A DNA stretch of 64,000 nucleotides from Neocallimastix sp. 'constans' (GCA_050613775.1 JBODTK010000112.1:248001-312000), one strand, 5' to 3'. Numbered from the stretch's first letter, positions 29,228-43,728 are shown. The notes: generated by a model from the sequence alone, not told the origin. Numbers and translations: made by a program.

Positions 29228-30084
29228 AAAAATCCACAAAATAAAAAAAAAAAATAAACAAATTTTAATTGATATATATTTATCAATGATATTAATATAA
29301 ATTTTAATATATACTATCACACAATTGATTAAATAATAAATATAATTTAAAATATTATTAATTTTATTTATTGTTAAGAATGGGTATGATGATTACTTTA
29401 TATATAAACTAGCTTTTTATTATATTATTATATTTTATAATGAATTATCAAAACTATTATTTTTTAAAAATAAAAACTTATTATTTATAATAAATTCATT
29501 AATTCTATTCAAAATATGGAAGAACAGGCTAATTAACTTTTTGAAGAAAAAAAATAAAGACATAATATTACTATATTGCTATATATTATTCAAGATTTTA
29601 ATAATTATTAACATTTTTTATATTCTTATTAAAAATTAATTATTTTAATTATTATAAATTATTTATTATATAGTATTTTATTTATTTATTTAATATTTTA
29701 TTTATTTATCTTGTATTATATTAAATGTATATTTAGAAAGTATAATAATATATTCTATTAATAAGTTATTGGTATCGTATTAATGATTGGATGATAACAA
29801 ATTAAATTTAATATATTAAATTGAAAATAAAAAAAAAATTCCTTTTTATAAATAATCCATGAATTGGATGAATTTTCATCATTATATTTATTTAAAAATA
29901 TTTAGATATTTATATCTTTTTTATAATTTTAACCAATATATTGATTAGAATTTATCTAAAAAAAAAAAAAAATAAAATAACATATATACATAATTAATGT
30001 ATTTTATTATAAATTCACATGTTTAAGTTTAATTAAAATTTTTATTGAAAATAACATAATTTTTTGTATTTTTACATTATTTTT

Positions 30085-31192
<1,108 letters not shown>

Positions 31193-31243
31193 GATATTTA
31201 TATTGTCGATGTTGTTGTTGTTGCTGGAATATGTGAATATAAT

Positions 31244-31970
31244 TGTAAACCCTAAATTCACAACTTTAACGAACTAAAAGTCTCATCTAATTCTTAAAAT
31301 AATATTCTCAAACTAAGAGTCTCATCTAATTCTTAAAATAATATTTTCAGCGAAAGAGTGGTAAGCCGAGCACAATATTATGCCAAAGAAAAAATAAATT
31401 GGAATTTTAAATAATGATGAAAGTTGCTCCTTATGTCAATTTAAGGAAGACTACTTTAAAAGATCGAACCTTTGAAATGATCAAATTGAAAGATTGAAGA
31501 AACAAATAAAGATATAAAATAGTTGTAAGAGTAAATTGAGTATCCAACCTACAAGAAACATTAAATTTGAACTATACTAAAAGTTTAAACGTTTAACCAC
31601 AAAACATAATAATATTTCAAGAATATTATAAATATAGGATAAAAACAACTTCTATAGTTATTTGATTGATAATATGTTACAAAGTTTTATATTTAAATGG
31701 GAATGATTAAAACAATATTAAGATGAACTTCATTGATAGGGACAAAGCCAATCCCCTACACCTTCAGAAGGGCGCTGTGAAGTAAGAGGACGTCAAAGAC
31801 CAGAAGTTTCCTTGCTATTAAGGCAAAAAGGGCCTCACTTTCATAGATCCAGAGAGGATATTCACGGCGACCCTACCCCCTGGCCCTCTGCCTTCGTCCT
31901 TCAGTCTCTTCCAAGGTACGCTCACAAACTAACAAACTTCAACAAAGTCCAGACAAGCCTCCACAAAGTC
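31244..31970 (+). mobile_element. Probable 5'-truncated LINE 3' end (zinc-knuckle remnant plus GC-rich 3' UTR)
   Basis: ILNNDESCSLCQFKEDY (~31404-31454) resembles a LINE C-terminal CX2C knuckle. GC-rich tail at 31738-31970. Possible weak 8-bp TSD AATATAAT at 31236-31243 and 31971-31978. Confidence 0.5.
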
Positions 31971-32238
31971 AATATAATCATTTCCTTATAATTTTCATTA
32001 TTATATTTATGTTTTTTTTTTAGTTGTTGTATGAATAAATGAATAATCGCAGTATCCTTTTTCTTATTATTTTTATTTTTTCATATTGTATATTTTTTAT
32101 GATATTTTTGTAGTTTTATTTTTTATATCTTACTTTTTCTATTCATCCTTTTTGTTTTATTTTTTCTTATTATTTTAATTTTTATCTATTAATTCTTTAA
32201 TTTACGTTACTGCTTTATCCAAAACACAATAATAATAT

Positions 32239-32592
32239 GGGGTATTTCGCCAAATTGCATTTCGCCAATTTTTTTGAAAGCATGTGGCGTATTAAAAAAA
32301 TGTGGCATTTCGCCAAATTGCAATTCGTCAAGTTGCATTTCGCCAAATTGAAAATTATTAAATAAATAAATCAATAAATAAAATTAAATATTATTAATAT
32401 CGCATAAAAACAATTTTAAAAAAAATATTTTGAATTAATATTTATTTATTTATTCATTTATTTATATCAATACTCTACTTGTCGAAATGTAACCTGGCGA
32501 ATAGCAACTTGGGGAAATGCAACATTTTAATACTACGTCACTTGGCGAAATACAATCTGGCGAAATGCAATTTGGGGAAATGCAACTCTCCC
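32239..32592 (-). mobile_element. 354-bp MITE of the same DNA transposon family, 9-bp TSD
   Basis: Ends TGCAACTCTCCC (reverse complement of the 17589 terminus) and has the same 15-bp units. Flanked by TAATAATAT at 32230-32238 and 32593-32601. Confidence 0.93.
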
Positions 32593-32989
32593 TAATAATA
32601 TTAGACATCTCCAGGACAGGCTCCAGGATATGAAATACCTTTTCATTGTGAAGTATGCATTATTAATTCATTTACATATCATTTCATATTATTTAAAAGA
32701 TTACGAATTATCTAGAAAAGACTTATTAATGGTAGTACTACCAATATTATTACAATCTTCTATACTAATACCATTGATTTTTAATTTCAAAGGGTTAATG
32801 GTAATATAACTTCTAACCTTATTAAATAATTAAAATGAAATATTATTTTCCAACATCTTATTTCAATGAATTTAATATTAAATAATATATATATATATAT
32901 ATTCTCTTTTAGAATGGAATAAAAGAAATAACAAAGTAAGAAAATATATTAAAATTATATTAATTAGTATAAATATAATTATTATAAAC

Positions 32990-33054
32990 TGGAGAGTTGC
33001 ATTTCCCCAAGTTGCATTTAGCCAAGTGGGTTATTATTAAAATGTTGAATTCCC
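32990..33054 (+). mobile_element. ~65-bp one-ended remnant of the same family, with TSD
   Basis: GGAGAGTTGCATTTCCCCAAGTTGCATTTAGCCAAG...GAATTCCC flanked by ATTATAAAC(T) at 32981-32990 and 33055-33064. Confidence 0.85.
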
Positions 33055-33479
33055 ATTATAAACTATTTATTTATAACCATAATATTTATGTATATTATTA
33101 AAAATTTGTTTTGTTTATGTTCTAACTTTATCTATTTTAAGTAAGAGACTTATTTTTTTTAATAATATATAATTTATGATATTTATATATATAATGCATT
33201 TAATGGATCATACATATTTCAATACATTAAATACTATTTTTATTTTAATTATATAAAAGAGACTTATAGAAAATAAAAATGAAAATAAAAATAAAAATAA
33301 AAAAGTTTAAAACAAAGTTATTATTATTACTTCTATGGATCCTATTCATTTGTAATACATTATTAGATGTTTAAAATTATAGTAAAAATTGTAATTAAAT
33401 AATATTAATTAAAATGTTAACTAAATTAAAAACTAAAAATACTTTATATTTTTAATTTATGAAATATCTTGTAGAACAT

Positions 33480-34180
33480 AATATTAACAAAACTAAATGT
33501 ATTGATTGAAGATAAAAAAAGTTTCCATTCAATAAATCTACCTTTTGTGCTTCAAGATTCTTAAAATTAAATTCATTCTTCACTCTGATGTATTAGGTTC
33601 CCTAATATTATCAAGAAATAATTATTAATATGTAATTACCCTTCTTGATGAATATAGTAGGAAAAGTTGGATTTATTTGATGAAGAAAAGATTCGTGATC
33701 CCTGATATTTTCGTTCATTTCGTTAAAATAAACAGAATTTTATTTGTTTCTTCTTTATTTCAAATAAAATAAGTTTCAATCAAATTCAAAAAGAAGTATT
33801 ATTTTAGGACATAATTCATACCAAATGGCTATATTATTATTGACTATGAAACATTTAAAACACACATAGTTCATAATCCTGTTTTTGAAGAAGAAATGCC
33901 AGGAAATTTCAACTTAGTAAATAAAGAACCCTATGATGAGAACTATAATTTGTCTCCTTTACGTATTAACGGTGATATAGACGACTATAAGGATATAAGC
34001 ATTGATGATGAGGGAAATATTAAATAAAAATTCCATATATATAATTATTAATCCTTTGAACAACACAAACGTTTTATTTGAAAATAAAAATTACTTTTAC
34101 TAAAGATTTAAATATTGATAAATTTGATCAAATACACAGTTAAAAAACAAGTATAATGATACAACACCTAATATTAACAT

Positions 34181-34222
<42 letters not shown>

Positions 34223-35811
34223 TACCAGCAACAATAATTCTAAGCAAAAATATATATACAATGAAGACAACAATATTGATTGTATAAATAAAACTGTAAA
34301 TAAAAATATTCATTATTATAAAAACAAAATAAGGTAATCAAATTGCAATAAGCAATATTTATAAAATAATAAATGAATTAAAAGATTTAATACAAAATAA
34401 TAATTACATTAATAAATTAATTCAAAATGATATACTTCCAAGTATTTATGAAGTAAGCAAAGATTTCACCAATATTGAAAACAATTGAAATAAATATCCT
34501 AATAATAATGTAAGCAATAATATATAACAACTTTCCAAACAAGATGAAAATAATAAAATATTGAACAAATTTCCAATTGATACATTTGATATCAATGAAT
34601 ATATAATTCAAAATTCAAAAATTAATCCTGTTGATATAATTTCTGATGAAGTTAACAAGAAAACCTATATATTCTTATTGAAAATAATAAAAATCCTGAA
34701 AATCCTGAAATTTTCAATTATAATGACCTAAATTTAAATAAAAATATTTTAAAAAAATAAAAATGAAATTAAATTATTTAAAATAGATGAGAATTTAAAT
34801 AACGAGGAATGAAGAAACAAATAAAACAAAAAAACAAAATTTTAAAAAATAAAAATTACAAGTTACAAAAAAGAAAAAAATTTTATTAATAAAAAATAAA
34901 AATTATAACAAAGATTACTGAAAATTAAAAAAGACATTATATGATTAGAAGTAGGCTGGTCGCGAATGGAATCAAACAATTGCAAATATTTAATTGAAAA
35001 TGGACTATAACAATTAAGAAGTGAACACTATTTATTCGTTAAGTAGGACAATAAAAATAATGTGTCATGAATGTAATGACATGTTAATTACAGATATTAA
35101 AAGAGAAAATTCTAAATTTACTAATATTATTAATAATTAATTTAAAAGATCCAAATTCGAAGAGTCAATCACATTTTAGGTTTAAATATTAGAAGATATA
35201 AATTAGGATATACAATCTCCCAAGAAAATTATACCAATAGTTAAAAAATTGATCATGTTAAAATAATTATAATGAAAAATATTGAAAGAAAAGAAGTAAT
35301 TTTACATTATATTAAATATGAGGAAATTTTAGCTGATGTTTTAATAAAATATTTTAATGAAAATCAAATAACTAATTTTACAAGCAAAAAACTTCTTTTA
35401 TAATACTTTGTTTTGGGGGAATGTTAAAAAATTGATATTTTTAGTTTAAATTTTTAATTAATATTTAATCAAAACTTTTATTTTTATTATAATTTTAAAT
35501 ATTAAAAGATGTATTACAAATAAATAGGATATATAATAATAATGTTTATATAGTTCATGATACAAATAATATAATTTAAAAATTTTAATAAATCTCTTTT
35601 ATATAATTTATTATTTAAGCATGTATTTAATATAATAAAATATATATGTTCCGTTGAATGTAATTTTTCTAATGTAAAAAAAACTAAATTAAATATTATT
35701 AAAAAATAAATCCTTCTAAACAAAAAAAAAAAAAAAAAATCTTATTAAAAAAATGAATATTAATTTTGAATTATCAACAATTAAAAAATAAATATATTAA
35801 AATCTTTAACA
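33480..35811 (+). mobile_element. Degenerate Ty1/copia LTR retrotransposon (IN-RT-RNaseH, PPT, candidate 3' LTR 35422-35811)
   Basis: Integrase ILHSDVLG (~33575), YVITLLDEYSRKSWIYLMK (~33629) and DYETFKTHIVHNPVFEE. RT RSRLVANG (~34947) and HILGLNIRRYKLGYTISQENY. RNase H EEILADVLIK (~35319). Purine tract GGGGGAA followed by TGTTAAA...TTTAACA. The IN-before-RT order indicates copia. May extend left to ~32650. Confidence 0.82.
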
Positions 35812-36393
35812 CTATTTATAAAAATAACCCTTTTGATAAATAAAGTTTTTATATAAAATTTTTGTATTTTTATATATTTGTCTATATTGTTCTGGAGAAT
35901 CAAAATATATAAAATTTTATAAATTTAACAATATAGATATATTAATGTCAAATATTAAAAGAGAGGTAATATATTAGTATGTTTTTCTTTTATTTTTATT
36001 TTTTTTACTGGAAAAACAATATATATATATTTCATACAGCTTTAAGAGTTTCTTTAAGATAATACTTGTTTTTAACTTTTTACTAACCCAGATGTTTAAT
36101 AAATATTAAAATAATAAGGCTAAAAAATGATTATTTTTACTTTTTGAATATATAAATTATTTTTTCATATTGTATAATTTATTTTTTGAAATTTTATTTT
36201 ATTTTCATTTTCTTTTTTTTTTTATTTAATTTTATTTTTATTTTTAATTTCTTTTTATTTTATTTTTATGTCTTATATAAAATGAAATATATATCACTCT
36301 AGATTTATATAATATATTAAATCTTTTATAATAATAAAAATTTGGTGATTTATATGTTGATTATTGTAACTTTCAAAACTCTAGTGTTAATAA

Positions 36394-36502
36394 TAATAAA
36401 TAATAAATAATAAATAATAAATAATAAATAATAAATAATAAATAATAAATAATAAATAATAAATAATAAATAATAAATAATAAATAATAAATAATAAATA
36501 AT
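36394..36502. repeat. (TAATAAA)n heptamer tandem repeat
   Basis: Direct inspection. Confidence 0.93.
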
Positions 36503-36647
36503 ACAATGTAAAATAATAACTAATAACTGATAAATTAATAAATAAATAAATAAATTTTTAAGAGTTATTTGATTAATTAAAATATATAAAAATATGAATA
36601 ATTAAATTAAAAAATAAAATTTAATAAAAACTAAAATAATTAATTCT

Positions 36648-36930
36648 TGTTAAGACCAATTTAGTATTAAACTTTTTTGTTTATATGCTTTGACATTTTT
36701 TTTGTTTCAAATAGATTTTTCAGCACTTAATCTATGAGAAGATTAGTATTCTTCCTTAGATAATGGTTCAATAAATCATTGAAAAGAAGCCCGTTGTATA
36801 AAGCGGCATATAAAGAATGTCTTTCATATTAACCTTGCTTAGAGAGAGGTCCTTCTTTGCTGAAAAGATATGGCAAAGAATACAATGAAAGTCTTTTACG
36901 TTTAAGGAAGAGGCCCTGTTGTCTTCCCCT
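36648..36930 (+). other. GC-enriched hairpin-dense island (unknown ncRNA or solo LTR)
   Basis: About eight consecutive stem-loops by eye, several with G-U pairs only on the + strand. No ORF. Starts TGTTAAG. Confidence 0.35.
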
Positions 36931-38417
36931 CTAATTAATCCTAGTCTAAATAAAAATTAATAATTTTTTAAAAATTATTATACTCTTTATTTGATATTTC
37001 ATTTCATAATATATATAATATTATATGTAACATTATCTCTTTGTAATATATTATTTATTTTATTTTTGTTTTATTTTGATTTTATTTTTCATTTATGTGT
37101 AATTTTTTTTTCATTAATGTATTCAATTTTATAAATATATATATTATATTATAATTTAATATATAAAGGATTAATATATATTAAATATAAATGTTCAAAT
37201 TAATTATTAAATAAATAAATAAATAAAAGATTTTTTAATATATAATATAAAAGATTTTATTAAAATATTTATAACTTAAATTATTTACTATTTATAAATA
37301 ATTTATATATATTTATATACATATATTTTTTTTCTATTTTTTTTTTTATTTATTTACTTTTTTTTCATCCTATCTGTTATATAATTTAAAAAAAAAGAGT
37401 GTTTTTTTTTATTTTATATAATATTAAAACAAAATTTAAAGCTTTTTATAAATAAAATTAAAAATAACGAAAATAGTTCTAAATAGTTTTTGATTAAAAA
37501 AGTTATTTGGAATTGTTATTTTTAATTATTCTATATAGAGAATAAGTGATAAATAATAAATAAATATTGTAAATTATAATTATCAATAATAAACAAAAAT
37601 ATATTTTTAATCTCATAAACTTTATTTCATTGGCTTTTTTTTTTTTTCTTTTTTCTTTCTTTCTTTTTTTTTTTTCGATTACTTAAAAGAAAAGTTAAAG
37701 AAGAAATAATAAACAAAATATAAATATAATAATAAATATTATAAAAAAAGGTTTGTTTAAATTATAATAAAAGGTAAAAAAAATAATTATAAATATTTAT
37801 ATTTATTAATAAAATTATTTATTTTATTATAATTTATTTATATCAATTTTTTGTTTGTTTTTATTTTATTTTTGTTATTTTATTATTTATTAAAATTATC
37901 AATTTATAGATATTTTAGTATTTACTAAAAAAGAACAAAACATCTATTCATTTGAATCATATTTTATTTAAGGCAAAAAAAAATAAATAATTTATTGTTT
38001 GTTTTCCTTAAAAAAATAAATATTTACTATATTTTATAAGATATTTATTTTTATTTCACTTATTTTAACATCAAATCAAGAAATATTTGTTTATTTATTA
38101 TCGAATAAAAATAAATTATAAGGTTTTAAAAGATAATACCTTACATTTTGAAAATAATTGAATATTTTTTCATTATAGTCTATATAAACATAATTATTTT
38201 AAGGATCATTTTTAAATAAGTAAGTTTATAAATAAATAATAAAATATAATAATAAAACATAAATTATATTTATTAGTATTGTGAATTTTAATATTAATAA
38301 TCTTTTTGTAAACAATATTCTAAATAAAAAAAAATATAATTTATTATAATTTATAATTCGATATATTAATATTAAATAAACAATTTTGATAGTATTAGAA
38401 AAAAAATAATAATAAAG

Positions 38418-41400
38418 ATGGGTATTCCAAAGTTTTTTAGATGGATTAGGTAAATAAAAATAAAAATTTAAATATGAGTTTTTATTATTGTTTATTATTG
38501 TTTTTTCTATTATTTTTATGTTTATTTATATTTTTTAACTAATACAAAAATAAATATTAATATATTATATTTAATTCTTAATAAATATTATTAGTGAAAG
38601 ATATCCATTATGTAGTCAACTTGTGGAAGAAAATAAAATTCCAGAATTTGGTATATATAAATATAATTATTAATTTATTGATAAAAAACTATTTTAAGTT
38701 ATATTCTTTAGAGAATGTATTTTACCTCGTTAATTAATGAAAAAATTTCTAATATTATATAAAATAGATAATTTATACTTGGATATGAATGGTGTAATTC
38801 ATAATTGCTCACATCCTAAGGTGGATGATGCGAAATTTAGAATTTCGGAAGAACAAATTTATATTGGTATTTTTCATTATGTTGAAATGTTATTTTCAAA
38901 GATAAAACCAAAAAATACATTCTTTATTGCAGTTGATGGTGTAGCTCCAAGAGCAAAAATGAATCAACAAAGATCTCGTCGTTTCCGTGCTGCCCAAACT
39001 GCTCAAGAATTAAAGCAAGAAGCTTTAGCAAAAGGTGAAGTTTTACCAGATGAAGATCCATTTGATTCAAATTGTATTACACCAGGTACAGAATTTATGG
39101 CAAAGCTTTCGGTTCAAATGGACTATTTTATTAAAAAGAAAATGAATGAAGATGCTAACTGGAGAAAAGTAAATGTTATTTTTTCTGGTCATGAAGTTCC
39201 AGGGGAAGGTGAACATAAAATTATGGATTATATTAGATATTTAAAAACTCTTCCAAATTACAATCCAAATTTACGTCATTGCATTTATGGTTTAGATTCT
39301 GATTTAATTGTCCTTTCTTTAATTAGTCATGAACCACATTTTGCTCTTCTCCGTGAAGAAATTATTTTTGGACGTCAAAAGAAAACCGATAGCAAAAACT
39401 TTTTAAATTTTGAATCTCAGCTTTTCTATCTTCTTCATACAGCTAATTTACGTGAATATATTAATGCTGAATTTACAATGTTAAAACAAGTTAAAGGATT
39501 CGACTTTGACTTAGAAAAAATTATTGATGATTTTGCATTAATGACTTTCTTTGTTGGTAATGATTTCTTACCAAATTTACCTTCTTTAGAAATTAATCAA
39601 AATGCTTTTGGTATTCTTTTTGATTTATATAAACAATTAGTACCAACTATAGGTTATCTTCACAATAGAGGTAAATTAAACATTAAAACATTTGAAACAT
39701 TTATTAGTCATTTAAAGAAATATGAATTGGATGTTTTTAATAGTCAACTTGTTGATACTGATTTTATGAAAGCAAAGTCGGTTAAAAATGATCAAGACAA
39801 AATGAAATTGAAAATTGAAATGACCCCATATCAAGGAAAAATTTTTGAAAAAATAAAGAATGGCTTTTTAAATGGTAAACCTGAACAGTTATCCTTATCA
39901 ACTTTAAGTAAAAAGAATAAAGAATTTACAACAGTTTTATGTGAAAGAATGGGAATTCCATACAGAAATGATGTTAATCAAAATGGTAACAGCTGTTTAG
40001 TTATTGATTTTATTAAGAAGCCAAAAGAAGATGGAGAACCAGATGATTCAGTTCCAAAGGTTGAATTAAGGGATTGTATGAATGTTATTGCTGACTATGA
40101 TGCTATTAAAAAGGAATTAGATGAAAAGGTTGAAATTAAAGATCCATATGCGGATCCAAAATTCATACAGTGGAAGAAAGATTATTATATGACCAAAATG
40201 AAACTTGATTATGATGATGATAAACAATTAAAGGAAATTGTTTATCATTATATTGAAGGCATTCAATGGGTTTTATATTACTATTATGAAGGTATTCCAT
40301 CCTGGGGATGGTTCTTCCCATATCATTATGCTCCAAAAATATCAGATATTGAAAATATCTCAGAATTTGATATTAAATTTGAACTCGGTGAACCTTTCCA
40401 TCCATTTGAACAACTTATGAGTGTTTTACCATCGGCTAGTAGACAATTAATTCCATCTGTTTACCGAGATCTTATGACTGATGATAGTTCACCACTTAAA
40501 GAATTTTACCCTGAAGAATTTTCTGTTGATTTAAATGGTAAAAAGAATAGTTGGGAAGCTATTGTATTAATTCCATTTATTGATCAGGATAAATTAATTG
40601 CTGAGTTAAAAAAGCGTGAAAATCTTTTAACCGATGAAGAAAAGAAGAGAAATCAATTTAGAGATGCAACTCTTTATAAATATAATGAAAAGTTTGTAAC
40701 TAAATGTGATTCACCACTTCCTCTTTACTTCCCTAATATTGCTGAATGTCATACTCAAGCGAAGGAATTCAAGCAAAAAAGATTAACTTCTAAAGAAGTA
40801 GTTAAAGAAATTAGTCAAGATTCTTTATTAGGAAAGACCTTATTAGGTGGTTTTCCATGTTTCCAATCAATTCCATTTACACCTTCATTAGAGTTACATG
40901 GTGTAAAAGTATTTAATAGTGAAAGTCAAAAGGAATCCATTGTTTTAAATGTTGTTGATTTATTTAAGAATAAATCTGCTGAAAACATAGCATTAGAAAT
41001 GTTATCAAGACCGGTTTATGTGGACTGGCCTTTCTTATATGAAGGATATGTTGTCAGTATTATGGATGAAAAGTTCGAATATTATTTCAATAATAATGAC
41101 AGTAAAACTCATAAGAACTTAAACAGACGTCCATTGTCTGAACGCGACAAGGCAAGTTTCATTCAGTCTTCTCTCACAATAGAACATAATTATAGTAAGA
41201 AAATGGGTGTTGTTATTGGTTCAGTGAAATACATAGCTAAAGTTGCTTTATTGAAAGGAATGAAAAGATTAAGTGATGGTTCATTAGTTAAAGAATATGA
41301 GAATACTGTTAATCAATATGCTCTTCAAACCATTATTAAAGATGTTAAAAATAAGGATACAAGATATATTGAGAAGCCACCAATTGAAGGTTTAAAGGAA

Positions 41401-43728
41401 TTCCCATTAGGAACTTCTGTGTTCTTGCTGGAAAATAATCAATATTATGGTTCTCCAGGTACTGTTGTTGGCTACAATGGAGATTATTTAACTATTGATA
41501 TTTTACCTGATCAATATGGCCAAATTAACAAGAGTATAAAAGAAATTGTTCAAGTTAACTCTAAGAATTTACAATATTTACCAAGTTGGCAAGTAGCTAA
41601 AGAATTAAATATTAGCCCATTGACATTATCAAGAGTAACATCTTCTTTCTTAATTGATTGTAAATCACATGATAAAAAGGTAAACATTGGTTTAAGTTTA
41701 AAGTTCGATGGAAAAGAAAAGAAAGTTATAAATTACACTAAAAAGGAGGAAAAGGGATGGCAATATAGTACCCTTGCCGTCGAACATATTAAAAAGTACA
41801 AAAAGGCATTTGGAGAAGTCTTTGAATATTTAGAAAAATTAACAAGTCAAAAATTCAAAGATGTTTGTGATACGGATATTTTCCCAGAAGATGAAGCAAA
41901 AGAAAAGGTAGAAAAAATTCAGCAATGGCTGAATGAAAATGAAACAGGAAATGTAGTTAATATTGAAACAGAAATTTTAGAACAAGATGTTGTTTCAAAA
42001 ATTGAAGATTTTGTTGAATCTAAATTAAAGGAAGGAATAGAACCACCAAAGACTTTGAGATTAAAGAACATTCAAAGAAATAAAGTTTTAAAGCCATGCC
42101 ATGCTGAATATCGTTTAGGTGATCAACAATTTAGTGTTGGTGATCGTATTATAGGTGTTCAAGATTATGAAAACATTCCATTAGGTTTAAAGGGTACTGT
42201 AATTGCTGTTAAAAAGAATAATGTTGATATTTTATTTGATCAACAACATATGAGTTGTTCAGACTTGGGTGGTAGATGTAAAACTTATCGTGGTATGACA
42301 GTTCATAAATATTCTATTTTGAATTTAAGTTGTATTCAACCTCCACCAGAATTAATGAAGGTTGAAAAACCATCATTAAATACTATTATTTCAAATAAAA
42401 AATATTATGATAAGAATGAAAAAGGTAATAACAGTCCAAAATCTCAACAAACCAAACAATATTTGAGAAGATTCTACAGTTCAGATTATAAAATAGATAA
42501 AAAGGATCCCACTACACAAGAGGAAAAAGTTGCAAGACAAAAGTCCTTCAATCAACCACCACCAGCGGTCAATGCTTGGAACAAAAAGAATATTACCATT
42601 TTATCTAATTCAAATAATAAAGGTAGAAATTCACCACCAAATGAAAAGAAAAATTTAGCAAAGAAAGATAATAATACCAACACAACTAGTAACAACAATA
42701 ATAATAAAAATAATAATAATTTAGATTCTATGTCTATTAATATCAAAAAAATGTTAAATATTAACCCTGATGATACAAGATTTAATAAGAGAAAGGAAGA
42801 TGTTAAAAAAGGAATTTCTGTTGAAGAACTTGAAAAGAAAATAATTGGAAAGAATGAAACCACAGAGACTGCTAATAATACGAAATCTGATGCTGCTTCA
42901 AATGCTACATCAAAGACAACCCCTACTAAAGATAACAAACCAGAACCAGTAAAGCAAGAATCATTACAAGATATGTCCAATAATATTTTAAATATTTTAA
43001 GAGATGATAATCCAAATAAAGAAAATGCTCCTCCACCACCACCTCCTCCAATGGATATTCCAATGATGCCAGGTATGTACCCACCATTCTATATTCCAAC
43101 ACCACCACAAATGTATCCTCCACCCCCATCAATAATACAAGGTGGTATGAGTCCACCACCAATGATTCCACAATTCTTTGGAATACCATTTAATATGATG
43201 GACCAAAATGGTATGAATATGCGACCACCACCACCATTCGTTAATCCAGCCATGATGAATAATCCAGTTCTTCCAAATAATACTAATCCAGCTTCTACTA
43301 ATGATAATACTAATACAAATGCTGTTGATGACAATAAAAATAATTCAACTAGTACAAATTCAAATGATAATACAAATTCAAATGCAAATGCTAATGTTAA
43401 TGACAACGCTAATGCAAATAATAACAAAAATCATAATAACAGAAATAATAATAGTACTAATAAGAACAACAGAAATAATGGTAATAGAAATAACAATAGA
43501 AATAACTATTATAAGAATAAGAATAACAATAGATATAATAATAATAATGGTAATAGTAATAATAACAACAATAATAATGGCAATGGCAATAATAGAAATA
43601 ATAATAATAGAGGTTACAATAAAAACACAAACAACAATTACAATAGAAATAATAATAGAAACAGATATAATAATCAAAATAACAACAATAAAAAGGTTAA
43701 TACTACTTCTACACCAAATAATAGTTAA
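38418..43728 (+). CDS. XRN1: 5'-3' exoribonuclease 1; exons 38418-38449, 38595-38650, 38768-43728; 1682 aa
   Basis: Spliced N-terminus MGIPKFFRWISERYPLCSQLVEENKIPEFDNLYLDMNG. Catalytic motifs DGVAPRAKMNQQRSRRF, PGEGEHKI, YGLDSDL and GNDFLP are intact. Xrn1-specific downstream domains (VDWPFL, NIGLSLKF, GDRI..PLGLKGTVI) and a low-complexity C-tail. Confidence 0.97.

Noticed and set aside
31861..31880. HDV-like ribozyme (UUCACG resembles loop L3)
   Set aside because: No P3/P1 pairing or J4/2 motif around it.
36736..36770. U6/U6atac snRNA similarity (GAGAAGATTAG; also GGAAGAGGCCCT at ~36906)
   Set aside because: The ACAGAGA/AAGGAGA box and AGC triad are not intact, and the matching pieces are not correctly spaced.
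38737..38767. XRN1 start at the ORF-track ATG 38737
   Set aside because: It lies in intron 2; the conserved MGIPKFFRW N-terminus starts at 38418.
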